This document shows positions 59,615 to 64,000 of a stretch of 64,000 nucleotides of DNA, piece after piece; within the stretch, counting starts at the first letter, position 1; every line of letters starts with the position of its first letter. Origin of the DNA: Pseudomonadota bacterium (lineage in GTDB: Bacteria > Bdellovibrionota_B > Oligoflexia > Oligoflexales > CAIMVM01); NCBI GenBank assembly GCA_037142195.1, contig JBAXBA010000004.1, forward strand, positions 22,911 through 86,910, written 5' to 3'. Under the pieces are notes generated by a model that had not been told where the DNA came from, searched no databases, and was given only the letters and a program-made list of their open reading frames with translations. A program made the position numbers and the translations under genes.

Positions 59615-60434
59615 AGTGCTGAATAGGGGGATGACCAGCTGGGAGTTCCCCATTTTGGCCTAGTTTTAGTTTGCCAGCAGAAGGCATTAAGGGGGCCTTA
59701 GCTCCCTGGGTCACTTCGGGAGCGGCCTCTTTAGCAAGAGGTGGAACTGCCTCGTCGCCCAGGCGATCTTTAAGGCGATCTCCCTCGGCCGTTAGTCCCT
59801 TCTTCCAAAGGAGTGCCATTAACTTTCTTTCGGTGGGCGCAGCTTTTTCCGATTTGGTCATGACAACTTCCAAAGCTTTTTCAAGAAACTTGGTGTCTTC
59901 GGAAACTTTGCTAGAAAGGGCTTCATCGAGATATGGTGACCAAGGTGAGGCTATTTTAATAGCTTCCAGGTAGGCCTGTTGGGCCCCTTCCTTGTCTTCA
60001 TTCATAAGGCTCACTCGCGCTAAAGAAACATAGATCCGAGGATGGGAGTAGATTTTTAACTCATCTTTGAGCAGGGATAGGGCTTCCACTAGTTTTTTCT
60101 CTTGCACCAAAGACTGCACCAAAACTTCATGGGCGATGCCGATTCCTTTTTTTAGCTCCAAACACTTTTGTGCCGCTTGTTTTGCCTCTTCAAAATGAGA
60201 TGTCTCCATAGCTGCAGAGAGAAATAATTCGCAACCATTATCGAGTCTAAGAATCGGGTCTCGATCATCTTTTATCATGACCCAAGCTTCTACCTTAGCC
60301 CCTCGGTCATAGGCAGAGATGGCCGCGCTCAAATGCGTCTTATGATGGGATTGGTCTATGTAAAAATAAATAAAATAGATCAAGCTTCCTAAACTGAGCA
60401 GAGCGATAGGTATCAGGGCGAGTTTTTTCTTCAT
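59613..60434 (-). CDS. Membrane-anchored TPR-like protein
   Basis: N-terminal TM; TPR-like helices; C-terminal 'LPAGHPPI'. Confidence 0.6.
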   Translation of the reverse strand: MKKKLALIPIALLSLGSLIYFIYFYIDQSHHKTHLSAAISAYDRGAKVEAWVMIKDDRDPILRLDNGCELFLSAAMETSHFEEAKQAAQKCLELKKGIGIAHEVLVQSLVQEKKLVEALSLLKDELKIYSHPRIYVSLARVSLMNEDKEGAQQAYLEAIKIASPWSPYLDEALSSKVSEDTKFLEKALEVVMTKSEKAAPTERKLMALLWKKGLTAEGDRLKDRLGDEAVPPLAKEAAPEVTQGAKAPLMPSAGKLKLGQNGELPAGHPPIQH

Positions 60435-60507
60435 AAGTAGACTTTCTTCTATGGGGATTCCTAGGGCTTTTAAGAAGTACACAGCAAAGGTTGATGGTCA
60501 GAAAAAT

Positions 60508-62040
60508 CTAATAACTTTTGGCAAAAATAACTCTTTGAGTGGAAGGCTGTCCTGTAAAGATGCAGACGCCCTTTTCTTCTGGCCAATCCGAGGGAATGCA
60601 TCTTGGGCTTACTTTCAACTCACTTAGAATGGGATGGCCAATGGCATCTTCATGCCAATGAACCGCAGCAAAACCACCATGGATATTTTTGTCATCGTCC
60701 CCTGCAGAGGTGAAGAATGTCCTAAAATCTGAAAGCTTATCGATCTTCTTTGTGTGGGAGTCTCTGAGTGATGTAGCTCTTTCAAGTAATTGGCCTTGAA
60801 TTTCAGTCAGGATTTGACTGGCTGTTTCTATAAATTCATGGGTATTAATAGACGTCTTTTGTTTATAATGGGTGTCACGGCGCCCCACAAAGACAGTACC
60901 TGCGGCGAGATCTTTGGGTCCAACTTCCACGCGTAGGGGGACGCCTTTTTTAATATGCTGCCAAGACTTTTCTCCGCCTCTTATATCGCGCGCATCAATC
61001 TCAACGCGCAAGGCTTGGCCACAGAAAGTCTTTGATTTAAGGTCCCGGGCCAAATCTGTCACAAAAGACATGATTTTGGCTTTTTCTTCTGGGGTTTTGA
61101 AAATAGGCAAAATCACGATCTGCTTGGGAGCAACTTTGGGAGGTAAAACAAGTCCATCATCATCGCTGTGGGTCATGATCAGTGCGCCAATAAGGCGCGT
61201 GGAAACACCCCAAGATGTAGTCCAAGCAAATTGCGACTCACCTTTTTCATTTAAAAAAGTAATCTCAGATGCTTTGGCAAAATTTTGACCTAGGAAGTGA
61301 CTGGTACCGGCTTGGACGGCTTTGCGGTCCTGCATCATGGCTTCTATGGTATAAGTATCAACAGCGCCCGGAAATTTTTCATCTTTTGTTTTCTTTCCTT
61401 TGATTACGGGAATGGCTAACCAATCACGGGCAAAAGTTTCATAAACATCCAGCATGGTTAACGTTTCTGCTATGGCCTCATCAGCTGTAGCGTGCACGGT
61501 ATGGCCTTCTTGCCAAAGAAATTCTGCAGTTCTCAAAAACAATCGTGTGCGCATCTCCCAACGAAATACATTGGCCCATTGATTTATCAGTATGGGAAGG
61601 TCGCGGTAGGACTGGACCCACTTGGCATAGCTTTGACCGATGATGAGTTCCGAAGTGGGGCGAATCACATAGGGTTCTTCCAAAGGGCCAGCAGGCACCA
61701 ATTTTCCTTTTCCATTATCTTCCAGGCGGTGGTGCGTAACGACTGCACACTCTTTGGCAAAGCCTTGAACATGCTCGGCCTCTTTTTCCAAAAGGGAAAC
61801 CGGTATGAGCAGGGGAAAGTAGGCATTTACATGGCCTGTTTCTTTAAACATATCGTCTAAGGCCCGTTGCATATTTTCCCAAATCGTATAGCCCCATGGC
61901 TTAATGACCATGCATCCTCTCACAGTCGAAGCCTCAGCCAAATCGGATGCTTTTATAACTTGCTGGTACCATTCAGGAAAATTCGCCTCGCGACTGGGAG
62001 TTATTGCATTTTCTTTTTTACCGGTTGTTTGGTCAGCCAT
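60508..62040 (-). CDS. proS: Proline--tRNA ligase, archaeal/eukaryotic type
   Basis: 'IRPTSE', 'QWANVFRWE', 'EFLWQEGH', 'QAGTSH', C-terminal 'FAKSY'; no INS editing domain. Confidence 0.95.
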   Translation of the reverse strand: MADQTTGKKENAITPSREANFPEWYQQVIKASDLAEASTVRGCMVIKPWGYTIWENMQRALDDMFKETGHVNAYFPLLIPVSLLEKEAEHVQGFAKECAVVTHHRLEDNGKGKLVPAGPLEEPYVIRPTSELIIGQSYAKWVQSYRDLPILINQWANVFRWEMRTRLFLRTAEFLWQEGHTVHATADEAIAETLTMLDVYETFARDWLAIPVIKGKKTKDEKFPGAVDTYTIEAMMQDRKAVQAGTSHFLGQNFAKASEITFLNEKGESQFAWTTSWGVSTRLIGALIMTHSDDDGLVLPPKVAPKQIVILPIFKTPEEKAKIMSFVTDLARDLKSKTFCGQALRVEIDARDIRGGEKSWQHIKKGVPLRVEVGPKDLAAGTVFVGRRDTHYKQKTSINTHEFIETASQILTEIQGQLLERATSLRDSHTKKIDKLSDFRTFFTSAGDDDKNIHGGFAAVHWHEDAIGHPILSELKVSPRCIPSDWPEEKGVCIFTGQPSTQRVIFAKSY

Positions 62041-62402
62041 AAGTTTTGATCTTCCTTTAACCACGAATTTTAATCGTGCCATCATACAGGCTCGCTTCAT
62101 TGTTCTCAAGAGTGGAAACTCATTATTTGCATCTGTTTGAGCTCGGATTAAGCAAGGCGTTTGAAAATGCATTCTTTGCTAGTATGGAAACTGGTTTGCA
62201 TGTATATCGCCGGGCCTAGGCATAAGTAAAACCGACGCTGTTTAAATTATGCGCAAAGATAGGGAAATGATTCTACTTTTGGAAGGAATATTCATTAGAT
62301 CATTGCAGAAGTGTTCAGAAAAAAGTATTTTTTTGGAATTACAAATTTAGTTTTTAAGGTATTGAGGTTTTCCCAGGTTTGGGGAAGACGGATCGTTAGT
62401 AA

Positions 62403-63518
<1,116 letters not shown>

Positions 63519-63586
63519 AGCTAAGAAGCCAAAGAACAAAGCTGTGCCCGCAAAAGGCAAGAGTAAGAAGAAATAGCATAGAATAG

Positions 63587-63617
63587 AAAAAGAGAGCTTC
63601 GATAAGCTCTCTTTTTT
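63587..63617. terminator. Bidirectional intrinsic terminator
   Basis: AAAAAGAGAGCTT-CGAT-AAGCTCTCTTTTT. Confidence 0.88.
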
Positions 63618-64000
63618 CATGGCTCCTTGGCTCGAGACAGGCTTAGAAAGCTAGTGGAATATATCTCCCGCGGTCTACTGTCCAATGAACGCATGGTGAT
63701 CACAGAGTCAGGCCAAGTAAAACTTAAACCGGACTTTCGCCAATAGCGCGATATAAAACGATGGAACCATTGTAGCACATGGATTTGAAGGCAAGGAGAT
63801 GCGATTACCTTCTTTACCTGGTTTTTGAGTCGGCATAAAAGCCAGCGATTCCTTAAGGTGGCTTGCGTCCCCAGGTTTGGGACCTTCACAATAGAAATCA
63901 GTTGGCCAAATGTAGGTCATTTTAGGCATCTTATGTTAATTATGTGGGCTGCGGCAGTTAGCCAAAAACTTACGCAATCTTGATCATTTGCCTTTTAACT

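Noticed and set aside
60508..62040. Archaeal/eukaryotic-type ProRS as a novelty
   Set aside because: This type is well known in many bacterial lineages
63617..63929. Two short overlapping minus-strand ORFs at the window end
   Set aside because: No recognisable motif or RBS; cannot be supported

Overview
Bacterial chromosomal window of moderate GC. The delta-type pilMNOPQ, sigma28/sigma54-like promoters, many orphan lipoproteins and eukaryote/archaea-type ProRS tentatively suggest a Bdellovibrionota/Oligoflexia-like organism (inference only). Housekeeping content: cbs, pilMNOPQ, pgeF, degP, hutG-like, aroC, kdsB, GT9, rlmI, NFACT, mtgA, thrA-thrB-thrC, dnaE, msrAB, guaBA, an ALDH7 and proS. 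No rRNA, tRNA or CRISPR array could be supported. Most interesting observations: (1) a 3.8-kb accessory module (DUF4258/DUF2283-HTH toxin-antitoxin-like pair, truncated DDE transposase, AAA+DUF4143 ATPase) bracketed by 111-bp structured direct repeats and punctuated by a recurring AAGTNGCWTGATTTT motif that also occurs beside the Fic gene; (2) a ~370-nt densely base-paired non-coding region upstream of a SET-domain / arginine-deiminase-family / MsrAB gene trio; (3) an A9 tract in an acidic-basic histone-H1-like gene that switches between two Lys-rich C-termini; (4) a ThrA with a degenerate aspartokinase domain; (5) a lipoprotein-type giant PilQ; (6) a palindromic operator array at the Fic start. 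All calls are from motif recognition by eye; no searches were run.
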